A stretch of 63,993 bases of DNA, counting the filler. It is 8 parts of 8 records of this genome, joined end to end, with 100 filler letters (N's around TTAATTAATTAA, not from the genome) between each part and the next. Parts side by side here need not be neighbours in the genome. Positions count along the whole stretch, not along the records: positions 51,772 to 58,802 come from SRR31147125_53223; positions 58,903 to 63,993 come from SRR31147125_55181; 6 more parts are not named here. One strand, written 5' to 3'. Position numbers and translations under genes: made by a program. Positions 52,782 through 63,278 of this stretch are shown here, in pieces; position 1 is the first letter of the stretch; each line of letters starts with the position of its first letter. The notes under the pieces are model-generated. The model searched no databases. It worked only from the letters and a program-made list of their open reading frames with translations, and was not told where the DNA came from.

Positions 52782-52834
52782 ATTCGAGGTTTGTTACAGA
52801 GACCTCTCACATTTCACAAGTAGCAGAACTGAAG

Positions 52835-52866
52835 AAGCCTCGGTCGATTTTCTCGGCCGAGGCTTT
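52835..52866 (+). terminator. Intrinsic terminator hairpin between convergent genes
   Basis: AAGCCTCGGTCGA-TTTTC-TCGGCCGAGGCTT. Confidence 0.8.
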
Positions 52867-52949
52867 GTTGTCACTGATGGTATGATAGCGAGGTAAATGG
52901 GATTGGGGCAATTCAATCACTGCTTCTAAAAGCTCCCCTGTTTACATGA

Positions 52950-54215
52950 TCACGGGCGATCCCGTTCCAGGATGCGTTCCAGAACAACTGAAGTCAGGTA
53001 GAGGTTGTAGCGAGCGTCGATCTCCAGGTTTCTTGAACGGGTCAACAGAAATTGCGCGTCCAGAAGGTCGACCGTGGTCGCCTGCTGTTGCTGAAAACGA
53101 TTCTGAGTGACGCGATAGTTTTCGGCTGCCTGTTCAACACCGATTCTGGCTTCTTTCAGATTTCCTTCAGCAATAGCGGTCTCTTCAAGGGCGGTCTGGA
53201 GTTGCAATAAGAGTTCATCTTCCGCGTCTTTGAGTTGTGCTGACGCGTCCCTGAGTTTTGCTGTTGACGTTCGGGTTTTGCTTTGGGACGAGAAGCCATC
53301 GAACAGATTCCACTGTGCCGCCAGCAGCAGTTTGTTGTCATAGTCGGCAACGTTGGGTAAACCGTCAGGGGTGACGGAATCTCCGTAGCGTTCATGACTG
53401 AGAGACAGCTCAAGATCGGGCCAGAAGTGATTCCTGTTCGCTTTCAGCTGGTATTCGGCCGCCTGAACCTGCTGCTTCAGATAGTTGAGTTCACTGCGAT
53501 TGACCAGCATCTCCTCGGCATAGACTTCCTTCGCCGCAGTCCAGGTTTTATGCTTAAGGCTCTGTTCCGTTAATTTTTTTATGTCGAGCGATAGGCCGGT
53601 CAGGCGTTCCAGTCGGTGGCGCGCAATTCTCAATTGCCCCTGGGCCGCCAACTGCTGTTGTCGGGCTCCCGACAACTCAACATCGATACGCAGGAGATCA
53701 TTTCGGGCAATGATGCCATAATCGAACTGATGCTGGGCATCCTGCCTCTGCTGCTCCAGAAGAGCGACCCCGTCTGCGGCTGTTTTGACCGTTTTGTCTG
53801 CACGCAATATTTCAATGTACGCCTGACGAGTTGTCAGCGCGATGTCGGCAATAGTCGCCCGAAGTCTGAACTCTGCTGCCTGAGCTCGGGCTTTGCTGGC
53901 TGAAAGAGAATGCTGATCCTGCCACCCGTTGAACAGGTTGATTGATCCTGTGGCGGCCAGTGTGGAGCCTTCCGAACCGTATGAGAAGGGGTCTCGATCC
54001 CGGTTTATGTACTGGTAGCTCAGATCAAGGCGTGGCATAAATGCAGACCGAGTCGCCTCTACATCGGCTCGGGCGAGGTCAACACCGGCCTGAGCCTGAA
54101 CAATCTGCTGATGGTTGTTGATCGCTGCCTGAACCGCATCCTCAATGGTAAAGGAAAAAGCGGCTGTGGACCACAGCAGGGCGAACAGGCATGTCAGCAG
54201 TGTGCGCATCAACAT
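52950..54215 (-). CDS. TolC-family outer membrane protein
   Basis: Signal peptide and OEP repeats (NLFNG, T.VDLLDAQ). Confidence 0.9.
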   Translation of the reverse strand: MLMRTLLTCLFALLWSTAAFSFTIEDAVQAAINNHQQIVQAQAGVDLARADVEATRSAFMPRLDLSYQYINRDRDPFSYGSEGSTLAATGSINLFNGWQDQHSLSASKARAQAAEFRLRATIADIALTTRQAYIEILRADKTVKTAADGVALLEQQRQDAQHQFDYGIIARNDLLRIDVELSGARQQQLAAQGQLRIARHRLERLTGLSLDIKKLTEQSLKHKTWTAAKEVYAEEMLVNRSELNYLKQQVQAAEYQLKANRNHFWPDLELSLSHERYGDSVTPDGLPNVADYDNKLLLAAQWNLFDGFSSQSKTRTSTAKLRDASAQLKDAEDELLLQLQTALEETAIAEGNLKEARIGVEQAAENYRVTQNRFQQQQATTVDLLDAQFLLTRSRNLEIDARYNLYLTSVVLERILERDRP

Positions 54216-57200
54216 CAGTGCTCTCCTTGACGTGTTTGACGTTTTCCATCCGAATGACGACAATCAGAATGGCCGGAATAACGAAAATGGTGAAGATGGT
54301 CGAGACGGCCAGTCCGCCAAGGATGACACTTCCCAGACCACGGTAGAGTTCAGACCCTGGACCGGGGATCAGAACCAGGGGGAGCATGCCGCAAATACTG
54401 GTTGTTGCGCTCATGTAGATGGGACGGAGGCGGCTGCGAGTCGATTCGAGTACGGCTTCGCGGTAATCCATGCCGTTATCGTGAAAGTTGTTCAGCGACT
54501 GATGAACGATCAGAATGGCGTTGTTGACCACGACCCCGATCAAGATGACAAATCCGAGCATGGTCAGCACATCCATCGGCTGAGGGGTGATGAAAATGTT
54601 TAAGAGTTTCAGCCCGATGAAGCCCCCGGCTCCCGCCAATGGGACCGTCAGCATGATGATCAATGGATAGATGAAATTGCCGAACAGTGATGCCATAAGC
54701 AAGTAGGCAATCAAGATGGCCAGCAGAAAATCCCATTGAAGAACCTCACGGGTTTCGACCAGTTTGTCGGCGGCACCGCTCATGTCGACCTGAAGCCCTT
54801 CTAGAAGGCCCATTTGTCGAACCTGGGGAATGATTTTGGTGTCGATAATTTCCATTGCGGTCTGCAAGGGCATCGTTTTGGGAGGTGTCACTTGCAGGGT
54901 GACCGTCCTGTCTCGTTCGAGATGGCGGATCAGGGCCATGCCTGTGGTTTCCTGGAGGGATGCAAGAGAGGACACAGGGACCAGCTCACCGCTTGGTGTT
55001 GCCAACGTCGCGTTGTAAAGAACCTGGGGTGTGTTGATTTCCGTATCCGACGCTTTGAGGACCAGGTCGATCTTCTTTTTGCCTTCCTGTTTGAAGTCAC
55101 CCACCACGCGGCCGTCCATCAGCACATCCAGGGCAGTGCCCAGGTCGCGGGTGCTCATGCCATTGGCCTTCAAACGATCCCGGTCAGGGATGATGCGGAC
55201 CTCAGGGTAGGTCAGTTCGATCGACGGAACCGGGCGCACCTGACTGTTCTCAATCGCTCCACGGATCATGCCGAACATGGTCCCGGAAGCGGCAACGATC
55301 TGGTTCAGATTGTCGCCGCTGACATTGAGCTTGATCGCTCGGCCCTCACCAATTCCAGATTCGAAAACACCAGGCTGAAGGCTGACGCCGTACATGCCGG
55401 GGATGCTGTAGATCAGCCGGGTAAAGAAGGGGAGAAGCTCAGCCGCCTTGTCGAAGTGGTCGCTGATTGCACCGACAATCATGAACCCTTCGGCACCGAC
55501 ATAAAACATGTTTTCTATCGAAGGCACGCCATTAATATCTGCACCGATGTGCGGTTCAGCCATCTGATGAAACCGGTTGCCGATGTCGCCGCGTTCAGCG
55601 GTGGAGAGACCCGGTGGTGGAACCAGAATATTCAGGACCAGATTCCGGTTTCCTTGTGGCAGGTATTCCATTTTAGGTGTCAGGAAATATACGGAGGCAA
55701 AAGCCAAACTGATGAGTAGAGTCAGCGTTGCCAGACGGGTCAGCCCGTTCTTGATCGCCAGAGATACCAGAGCCATAATCGCAAGGGACAGTTTACTGCC
55801 GATCTGATCGAGGACCGGCAGGTTCACTTTGCTGCTTTTCTTTTTTGCGGCAAACAGCTTGTGAGACAGCATCGGGATCACTGAAACGGAAACAAACAGG
55901 CTAAAAGAGACCGCGGCAACGACCGCAATCGCGATATCGCGGAACAGTTGACCGGCTTCCTCCTGAATGAAAACGACAGGAAGAAAGACAGCAACGGTTG
56001 TAATGGTTGACGCGAGAACGGCACCCCAGACTTCCTTTGTACCATCGAGGGCGGCATCATAGGCCTTTTTGCCCATCAAACGGTGCCGGTCAATATTTTC
56101 GATGACAACGATAGCGTTGTCGACCAGCATGCCGACCGCAAAAGCGATCCCGGCGAGGGACACAACATTCAAATTGCGGCCGAGTAGATCAAGAAAAACA
56201 AAGGTGCCGACAACACTGATCGGGATGGCTGTGGCAACAACAATGGTTGCTCTCAGGCTGCGCAGGAACAGGAGCAGGACGCCGATCGCCAGAAGACCGC
56301 CGTACATGATATTCTGCTTAATCTGGTCGATCGCACCGTTGATGTAAAAACGCTGGTCGTAAACCCAATCGAGATAGAGTCCTTCATCTTTCAACTTATG
56401 CTCATTCAACCAAAGGTATTTCTCTTCACACAGGTTGGTCATGTCAAGGATGTTGGTCCCTGCTTCCGGACGCACGCCGATGGCAATCCCAGGCACGCCA
56501 TTTTGCAGGACCACCGAATTCTTCTTTTCGAAACCGGGACGGATTTCCGCCAGGTCCCCGAGCAGAACACGTTGCTGGCCAGTGGAGCGCAGAACAACTT
56601 TGGCAATGTCCTCCGGTGCGTTAAATTCTCCTGTCGTTCGGACACGAAAATCACGTCGCCCGACACCGATTGTTCCAGCCGAAATATTGAGATTCTCGCC
56701 TCGGATGGCAGTGATCACGTCATTCGTTGTCAATCCGTAGGCGGCAAGCTTCTCGGCAGAGACGATGATATGCATTTCCGCTTCAGTACCGCTGCCGATA
56801 AACAGGTCGGAGACCCCTTTCACCCGCTCGATATGTTGCCGAACTTCATCTTCAAAAAAAGTTTTGTAGTTCTGGACTGGCGTGTCGTTGTCGTCGAGGG
56901 TTTTGAGAATCATCCAAATGACGGGTGAAGCCGTTGCCCCGGACGCATTGACGACCGGATTGTCGACCCCGGCAGGGTAAGACGGTACTTCATTAATCTT
57001 GTTTGAGACGCGTAACAGGGCCTCTTCGACGCTGGTTCCAACTTTGAATCGCAGTGTGACACTGCCACGGCTGTTGCGCGCTTCACTCTCCATTTCAATC
57101 AGGTCGGGCAGGCCCTTCAGGGTATTTTCCTGTTCTTCGATGATTTCCCGCTCTATCTCGTAAGGCGTTGCGCCGCGCCAGGTCGTTTTAATCTCTATTT

Positions 57201-57330
57201 CCGGTTCAATAACTGTCGGGCTGAGCTGGTAGGGGAGGCGATCGAGACTGATCAGCCCGAACATTAGAACCATGATAACGCCGGCAACGATAGTAACCGG
57301 CTTAAGGATTGAAAAACGGATGATATCCAT
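54142..57330 (-). CDS. RND efflux transporter permease
   Basis: GMLVDNAIVVIENI, GVVVNNAILIV and RLRPI motifs. The true stop is probably near 54216 (A-run indel). Confidence 0.93.
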   Translation of the reverse strand: MDIIRFSILKPVTIVAGVIMVLMFGLISLDRLPYQLSPTVIEPEIEIKTTWRGATPYEIEREIIEEQENTLKGLPDLIEMESEARNSRGSVTLRFKVGTSVEEALLRVSNKINEVPSYPAGVDNPVVNASGATASPVIWMILKTLDDNDTPVQNYKTFFEDEVRQHIERVKGVSDLFIGSGTEAEMHIIVSAEKLAAYGLTTNDVITAIRGENLNISAGTIGVGRRDFRVRTTGEFNAPEDIAKVVLRSTGQQRVLLGDLAEIRPGFEKKNSVVLQNGVPGIAIGVRPEAGTNILDMTNLCEEKYLWLNEHKLKDEGLYLDWVYDQRFYINGAIDQIKQNIMYGGLLAIGVLLLFLRSLRATIVVATAIPISVVGTFVFLDLLGRNLNVVSLAGIAFAVGMLVDNAIVVIENIDRHRLMGKKAYDAALDGTKEVWGAVLASTITTVAVFLPVVFIQEEAGQLFRDIAIAVVAAVSFSLFVSVSVIPMLSHKLFAAKKKSSKVNLPVLDQIGSKLSLAIMALVSLAIKNGLTRLATLTLLISLAFASVYFLTPKMEYLPQGNRNLVLNILVPPPGLSTAERGDIGNRFHQMAEPHIGADINGVPSIENMFYVGAEGFMIVGAISDHFDKAAELLPFFTRLIYSIPGMYGVSLQPGVFESGIGEGRAIKLNVSGDNLNQIVAASGTMFGMIRGAIENSQVRPVPSIELTYPEVRIIPDRDRLKANGMSTRDLGTALDVLMDGRVVGDFKQEGKKKIDLVLKASDTEINTPQVLYNATLATPSGELVPVSSLASLQETTGMALIRHLERDRTVTLQVTPPKTMPLQTAMEIIDTKIIPQVRQMGLLEGLQVDMSGAADKLVETREVLQWDFLLAILIAYLLMASLFGNFIYPLIIMLTVPLAGAGGFIGLKLLNIFITPQPMDVLTMLGFVILIGVVVNNAILIVHQSLNNFHDNGMDYREAVLESTRSRLRPIYMSATTSICGMLPLVLIPGPGSELYRGLGSVILGGLAVSTIFTIFVIPAILIVVIRMENVKHVKESTDVDAHTADMPVRPAVVHSRFFLYH

Positions 57331-57342
57331 AGTTGAGCCTTT

Positions 57343-58405
57343 TTAGTTCGTGCGAATCGCTTGACCGTCCCGGATGCGTTCATTCCCTTTGACGACAACA
57401 GGGAGCCCACTCTCGAGTCCGGGGCCGGTAACGGCGACGCTCAGTCCCTGATACCCTTCAATTGCGATCGGAATCATTTTGGCCACACCATCGGCCATGG
57501 TGTAGAGAATGTTTTGTCCGAATTGATTGAGAACTGCGTCGCGGAACCAGAAGGCTTGCTTTCTGTGGCCCACTGGGCAGCGGAGTTGACGCTTCCATTC
57601 CCTCAATCAGTTTTTTTGCATCAATGATTTTCAGCTTGATGGTAAATGTTCGGGTGGAGATATCACCCTGGGGAACGATCGCCGTCAGTTCGGCATTGAA
57701 CTTGTTCCCACCGATAGTCACGGTCGCAGGCCGCCCTTGAGAAAGATAAGGAAGCTGACTCTGGGGAACATCAATATGAACTTCAATCTGGGAGTCGTCA
57801 GCTATGAGAGCGACTTGTCCCCCCATAGAAAGCCATTCACCCTGTTCCGACATCTTTTTTTGAACCGAGCCGCTGAAGGGAGCGTAGACGGTTGTTTTTT
57901 TCAGTTCGAGCTGCTGTCTTTCCAGAGTTGCTTGCAGGGTCTCAGTATGTTTTTCCAATCCCAGAACTTTGAAGTAGATGTCATCGTAAACAGATTCAGA
58001 CACCGATTTTTTCTCAAACAGGGCCTGGATACGAGACAGCTCTTTTTCGGCGCGTTGTTTTTCGATCAGGGCTTGCTCCAGTCCTGCACGGGTGCTGTCG
58101 ATGGTTTTTTTCAAAAGGTCATTTTTCAATCGGATCAGGCGGTCACCTTTTTTAAGCCGCTGGCCCTCATTGAAATAAACCTGATCGACAATTCCAGAGA
58201 CCTCGGTTGCAACGCGTGAGATGCGTGCATAGCGGATGGTGCCGACACGTTCGACCATCGGTTCCGATGTTCCACTGGTGACCTGTGCCGTTTCAACCAG
58301 CATCGGAGGAGGCCCCTGTTTTTTTGTCTTTTTCTCTTCGGCTGAAGCCGGTATTGAGCCTGCGGTGATCGACAATAATAGAATGAGCAACAGTATGGAG
58401 CGCAT
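57343..58405 (-). CDS. RND membrane fusion protein (frameshift near 57540)
   Basis: Signal peptide, EVSG.V..V...EG..VK.G, APFSG and TRTF motifs; LLVPRDAV continues in ORF 57343-57606. Confidence 0.88.
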
Positions 58406-58802
58406 GATGTCTCTCCTGCGTGGAAATGTTGAATGTGAAGTACAGAAGACTATGTTATTCCTCTTGCCTCTGCAAGGCAATTCCATGGCCCGCTTTGCTG
58501 ATCGTGAAAGCTTCGTGTCAGTGGAATACAGGCAGAAATTTGTTAGACTTTTATGAGACTGCTCTGCTGTGTTGTTTGGTTGTTGAAAAACTATTTGTGT
58601 TGCAATTGCGGTGTTGAACATCGCCTCAAAATGCTCATTGACGTCATGTGAATTGTTCTTTCAGCTATTTTTGTTTTAAACCTGCTGATTCTAAAAGGTT
58701 TTTCAATGCTCTGTCCGTTGCTGATACTTGTGGTTTTGGCTGTTACTTGAGGAAGACATTATGGGAGAACGCTTGCAGGATATTATTGATCTGGAGGAGT
58801 TG

Positions 58803-58902
58803 NNNNNNNNNNNNNNNNNNNNNNNNNNNNNNNNNNNNNNNNNNNNTTAATTAATTAANNNNNNNNNNNNNNNNNNNNNNNNNNNNNNNNNNNNNNNNNN
58901 NN
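58803..58902. other. Artificial contig spacer
   Basis: N run with TTAATTAATTAA. Confidence 0.98.
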
Positions 58903-58903
58903 G

Positions 58904-59122
58904 GGCAAGTTATTAAAAACCGATTCCTTAGTAATATTTGCACCCATCTTCTTTTTCATTCCGTTATCCGCCATCGGGGATGAAAAGAAGATGACCATTG
59001 ACTATCCTGAATTCTATCCTTTTTTTGCCCAAACTGAAAATAGGGAGATTGAAGGGTTCTTCTACGACATCATAATGCAAAATGAGGGCATCCTGGAAAA
59101 AATTATCTCAAAATATCATTAA
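58904..59122 (+). pseudogene. Internally deleted family-3 solute-binding protein remnant
   Basis: Signal-like stretch plus YPEFYPF....EIEGFFYDII fused directly to C-terminal-type M..EG.LEKIISKY. Confidence 0.5.
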
Positions 59123-59198
59123 CTCATCTTTTTTCATGACGCTATCTACAATTATGAGATAAGCTGAAAAAAGAACGTTGTTTTTAGGACCCAAAGCA

Positions 59199-61330
59199 AT
59201 GGAAAAAAAGTACCAACACATCTTCATCACCGTTCTGTTTATCTCGATTATCCTGTTTTATCTTTTTATATCGGTTTACCAGACAAAGAGCCTTGAACAA
59301 GCCAATATGACCCTTGAAAGGCACGCATCCATCGTTGCCGACGCCCTTTGGAGGTTTGAACAAGATACTCAGGTGACCTATTTGAAACTGGCCGCGGAAT
59401 CCGACAACTACACCAATTTGATTGTTTGCGATAGCGCCGACAACGTCTTCGTCTCGCTCACCGAGCAACGCCCTCGATCACAATTCGATACATTTTTGTC
59501 CAAAGTAAACCTTTTGTCGGTCCACCCATTGGAAAAACCGATATCATTCAAAAAAAGCAAATCGGCACAATCAAAGTGAATTGGGAAAACAGAGCCATTT
59601 TTCTGTACTGTTATCTTTTCATTTGCCTGATGTTGACGTTATTCGCACTTTGGCTCTTGTTAAATCTGATCATTGCAAAACGCACATTGGAAGAGAAAGT
59701 GCTTGAACGAACCGCGGATTTGAATGAAAGCAAGCAACGCCTGAAAAAAAGTGAAGAGCGGCTCGAGCTTGCCCTGGCCGGAGCCAATGACGGCATTTGG
59801 GATTGGAATTTAAAGGATAATATCGTTCATTATGATCCTCGGTTTTATACCATGATCGGGTACGCGCCCTATGAATTTGAGTGTACATTTTCAGAATGGG
59901 AAAAACGGGTCCATGTGGATGACATCGAAAAAGCAAAAAGAGCAATTGAAAAATACATTTCCGGAGAAGTGGAGACCTACAATCAAATTTTTCGATTACT
60001 CAATAAAAAAGGAGAATATCAATGGATCCAATCCAGAGGTAAAATTGTCAAGAGAGATGAAAATAACCAACCGATTCGGTTTATCGGAACCCATGCGGAC
60101 ATCACCGACTCAAAACAACTTGAAAAAGCTCGGGATGACGCCCATGAAGAGATCCGCAGTCTGAGAAATTACCTGTCCAACATCATCGACTCCATGCCTT
60201 CCGTGCTGATCGGCGTCGATAAAGAGGGGCGCGTGACCCAATGGAATCATAAAGCCGAGTCTTTGACAGGCGTGCCGTCTAAATCCGCCGTCGGTGTCCC
60301 CTTTGACAAAATATTTCCCACTCTTTCAAATCAATTGGAACGGGTGAATCAAGCCATTACAATGAGGCAAATTTGCCAAGATTCCCGCCTGGAAAGAAAA
60401 GTGGGCAGCCAAACCATATACGAAAGCATCACGATATACCCTTTAACTTCCAATGGGGTTGAAGGGGCTGTCATTCGGATCGATGACGTCACCGAACAGA
60501 TCCGGCTTGAGGAGATGATGATTCAATCGGAAAAGATGTTGTCCGTTGGCGGTCTTGCTGCAGGGATGGCCCATGAGATCAATAACCCACTGGCCACCAT
60601 GATCCAGACAGCCAATGTGATGAAATTACGTCTTCAAAAACTCGACATGCCGGCAAATATTCGCGCCGCAGAAGCGCTGGGGCTCACCTTGGATGATATC
60701 AAAGCATATATGAAAAACAGAGGCATTTTTCGTATGGCGGACGCCATCACCGAATCTGGTCGCCGAGTCGCTGAAATTGTAGACAATATGCTCAGTTTTG
60801 CAAGAAAGAACGATACTATCGTATCCACACACGATCCTGCTCAACTGATCGATCAGATCCTTGAACTTGCCGCTACAGATTACAATCTGAAAAAGCATTA
60901 CGATTTCAAGGCCATCTCCATCGTCAAGGAGTATCAGGATCAACTCCCCATGATCCCGTGTGAGGGCGGTAAAATACAACAAGTGATTTTGAATATCCTA
61001 CGCAACGGCGCCCATGCCATGCAAAAAGAGAACGACGCCGACGCGAAAACACCATGCTTTACCATTCGACTGTCAGTGGAAGAGGTGCATCAAATGCTGA
61101 GAATCGAAATTGCAGACAATGGACCCGGCATGGACAAAGTCACCCAGACCCGAATTTTCGAACCCTTTTTTACAACAAAACCGGTGGATGTGGGCACCGG
61201 GTTGGGGTTATCGGTGTCATATTTCATTATTACACAAAATCACGGGGGAACCATGGACGTCGTCTCCGAAAAAGGCCAAGGGGCGACATTCATCATTCGT
61301 CTCCCATTGAATCACACTGAAAATAAATAG
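59199..61330 (+). CDS. Membrane PAS-PAS sensor histidine kinase (frameshift near 59555)
   Basis: Two TM helices, GANDGIWDW PAS, AHEINNPL, NGAHA, DNGPG and FFTTK...GTGLGL motifs. Confidence 0.9.
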
Positions 61331-61348
61331 GTCTCCCACCATTACGAA

Positions 61349-61550
61349 TCATCGAATGTGACCTCTGCTGTTGAGAATCAAACCGGCCAAGCGGTGTCCT
61401 TCTTGCTCCGCCTCAAAATTCTTCACGCCTTTGAAAATATTGTTGGCCGCGTAGAGAGACATGAATTCCTCCGTATCCGGTATGGAGTACATCATCCAGC
61501 CGATGAAGTGCCGCCGGGGTGTTTTTCATGTAATCCAGGGCCGTGACCAT
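61349..61550 (-). pseudogene. Remnant of a nitrogenase iron-protein-like (NifH/CfbC family) gene
   Basis: Frame A reads TALDYMKNTP...RLDDVLHTGYGGI; frame B reads EFMSLYAANNIFKGVKNF...RLAGLILNSR. No P-loop and no cluster Cys residues. Confidence 0.75.
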
Positions 61551-61560
61551 GGCGATTGGC

Positions 61561-63246
61561 TCAGACAAAGAGCCTTTCAAAATCGACATTATCCTGAAAT
61601 CGTTTACTGCGGGTCCGACGGGTATCCAGCGTATGCCAACAGATCGCCCCGGATTCACGATTGGGATCCCCTTCCGGTTCAACCAATATTTCCTTCCACC
61701 GGGCATGACCTTCCGGCGTCTCCCAGAACCCCGCCCGATTGACGGCGCAGATGCCCACGGCAATATTTTCGATGGATCTGGCTCCGGCCAACAACGCGTC
61801 ACCATCCGTGAGGCTCATCTCAAAGCAGAGAATCAGATCACACCCCTGCTTTGCCGCAGCCACGGCGGTTTCCGGATGGTCCAGTTCCGACATTGCAGAA
61901 ATCTGAACACGTGCCGGTCCGATATCCAGAAACGATACATCAGCGCCGTCGTTCGTCACCCATCGTCCCGATTCCGGGATGAACCGAAAATGAAAATGGG
62001 AAGCCATGCCCTCTTTGGGGGTGAAAAGATGGAAATCAATGGGAGCGAATGCGGTTGCGTCGTTGAATTCTTTGCCATGGGTCTCTTCGGGAATGCGTGC
62101 CAGCAGCACACTGTTTTCACTCGATCCCAAAAACCGATGGATCCGTTCCATATCATCCACCGAATAAGAAAAGGGAGGTAGTAAAAAGAGAGCGGCCCGC
62201 TTTGACGATCCATCACAGATTTCATCTGTCTTCCCCTTTTCTCCGACGTTGACGTAGGATTCCACCGGCGTTTCAAATAACCGCTCCAGTGGGTTTTCCC
62301 TTTTGGCCGGAACAACGGGCACAAGATCGAGCAGACCCGGCTCCGGAAGCTCCAGAAACGATGTCAGATCCCGGATGGGGCGCAAATTGCGATAGCAGTG
62401 GTGGTATCGCTCCCTGCGACGCCCCGACAATCGCTGACGACGCGGTTCGGAATCGAGATGCCCTTCCGGAGAGAGTGGAATGTCAACATTGACGATTTGG
62501 GAATTCATCACCCGTTGATGGTGTTCAGATTTAACTTTGGTATCGACAATCAAATCCCCTTGGGGATCGCAAACACAGGATGAGGCATCCCGACAATCCA
62601 TGATCCGATCCACACCGGTCCGATTGCAGGCGGCTACGTAAATCCCGTTTTCCAAAGCCCGGGCTTTCCAAAGCTCCCTGGGATCCAACCCGGACGGCGG
62701 CCAATTGGCCGGAACCAAAAGCAAATCCGCTCCCCGAAGTGCGGTGATCCGAGGCATCAGCCCGTAATAGGTGTCCGAACAGATAAGTACCCCCATTCGT
62801 CCCCAAGGGGTCTCAAAGGTGTTGTCCTCATTGGGATTTCCCGGACAGGCCCAGCGGCTCTCTGCGTTAATCTTCCGATACCGACAAATCACCTGCCCCC
62901 TGTCAAGCCCGCCGTCACCCATGTCCGGCCCCAGAACAAAGGCACTGTTGTAGAGCATTCCGGTTCGAGCATCTTTTTCCGCCATTCCGAAACAGCCGTA
63001 AATTCCCAGCTCTCGAAGCAGATGGGAGAACGTACTCAACGTCGGACCGTTCAATGTTTCCGCATAGGGCGCCACATCGGCATGATCCGTAAATGAATAT
63101 CCGGAGATGCTCATCTCCGGTGCAACGACAACCTGCGCCCCTTGACGCGCCGCCTCAACAGTGAGTGTCAACAGCGCCTCCCGGTTCTTTTTCGGTTCTT
63201 TGTAAAGGATATGCTGATGAATCAGTGTCAATCTCAACGATGCCAT
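61561..63246 (-). CDS. Carbon-nitrogen hydrolase with a second degenerate nitrilase domain
   Basis: E-K-C triad (APEM, YRKI, LICSD) in domain 1; domain 2 keeps HPE...A..GCD and ARSIEN but lacks the triad. The ORF is open to 63300. Confidence 0.88.
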   Translation of the reverse strand: MASLRLTLIHQHILYKEPKKNREALLTLTVEAARQGAQVVVAPEMSISGYSFTDHADVAPYAETLNGPTLSTFSHLLRELGIYGCFGMAEKDARTGMLYNSAFVLGPDMGDGGLDRGQVICRYRKINAESRWACPGNPNEDNTFETPWGRMGVLICSDTYYGLMPRITALRGADLLLVPANWPPSGLDPRELWKARALENGIYVAACNRTGVDRIMDCRDASSCVCDPQGDLIVDTKVKSEHHQRVMNSQIVNVDIPLSPEGHLDSEPRRQRLSGRRRERYHHCYRNLRPIRDLTSFLELPEPGLLDLVPVVPAKRENPLERLFETPVESYVNVGEKGKTDEICDGSSKRAALFLLPPFSYSVDDMERIHRFLGSSENSVLLARIPEETHGKEFNDATAFAPIDFHLFTPKEGMASHFHFRFIPESGRWVTNDGADVSFLDIGPARVQISAMSELDHPETAVAAAKQGCDLILCFEMSLTDGDALLAGARSIENIAVGICAVNRAGFWETPEGHARWKEILVEPEGDPNRESGAICWHTLDTRRTRSKRFQDNVDFERLFV

Positions 63247-63278
63247 TTTCCGCTCTCCATCTCCCATCTCTCTCTTTA

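Noticed and set aside
8605-58902. TTAATTAATTAA repeated seven times within N runs
   Set aside because: Artificial six-frame-stop linker. Genes on either side of a spacer come from different contigs, so no cross-spacer operons were inferred.
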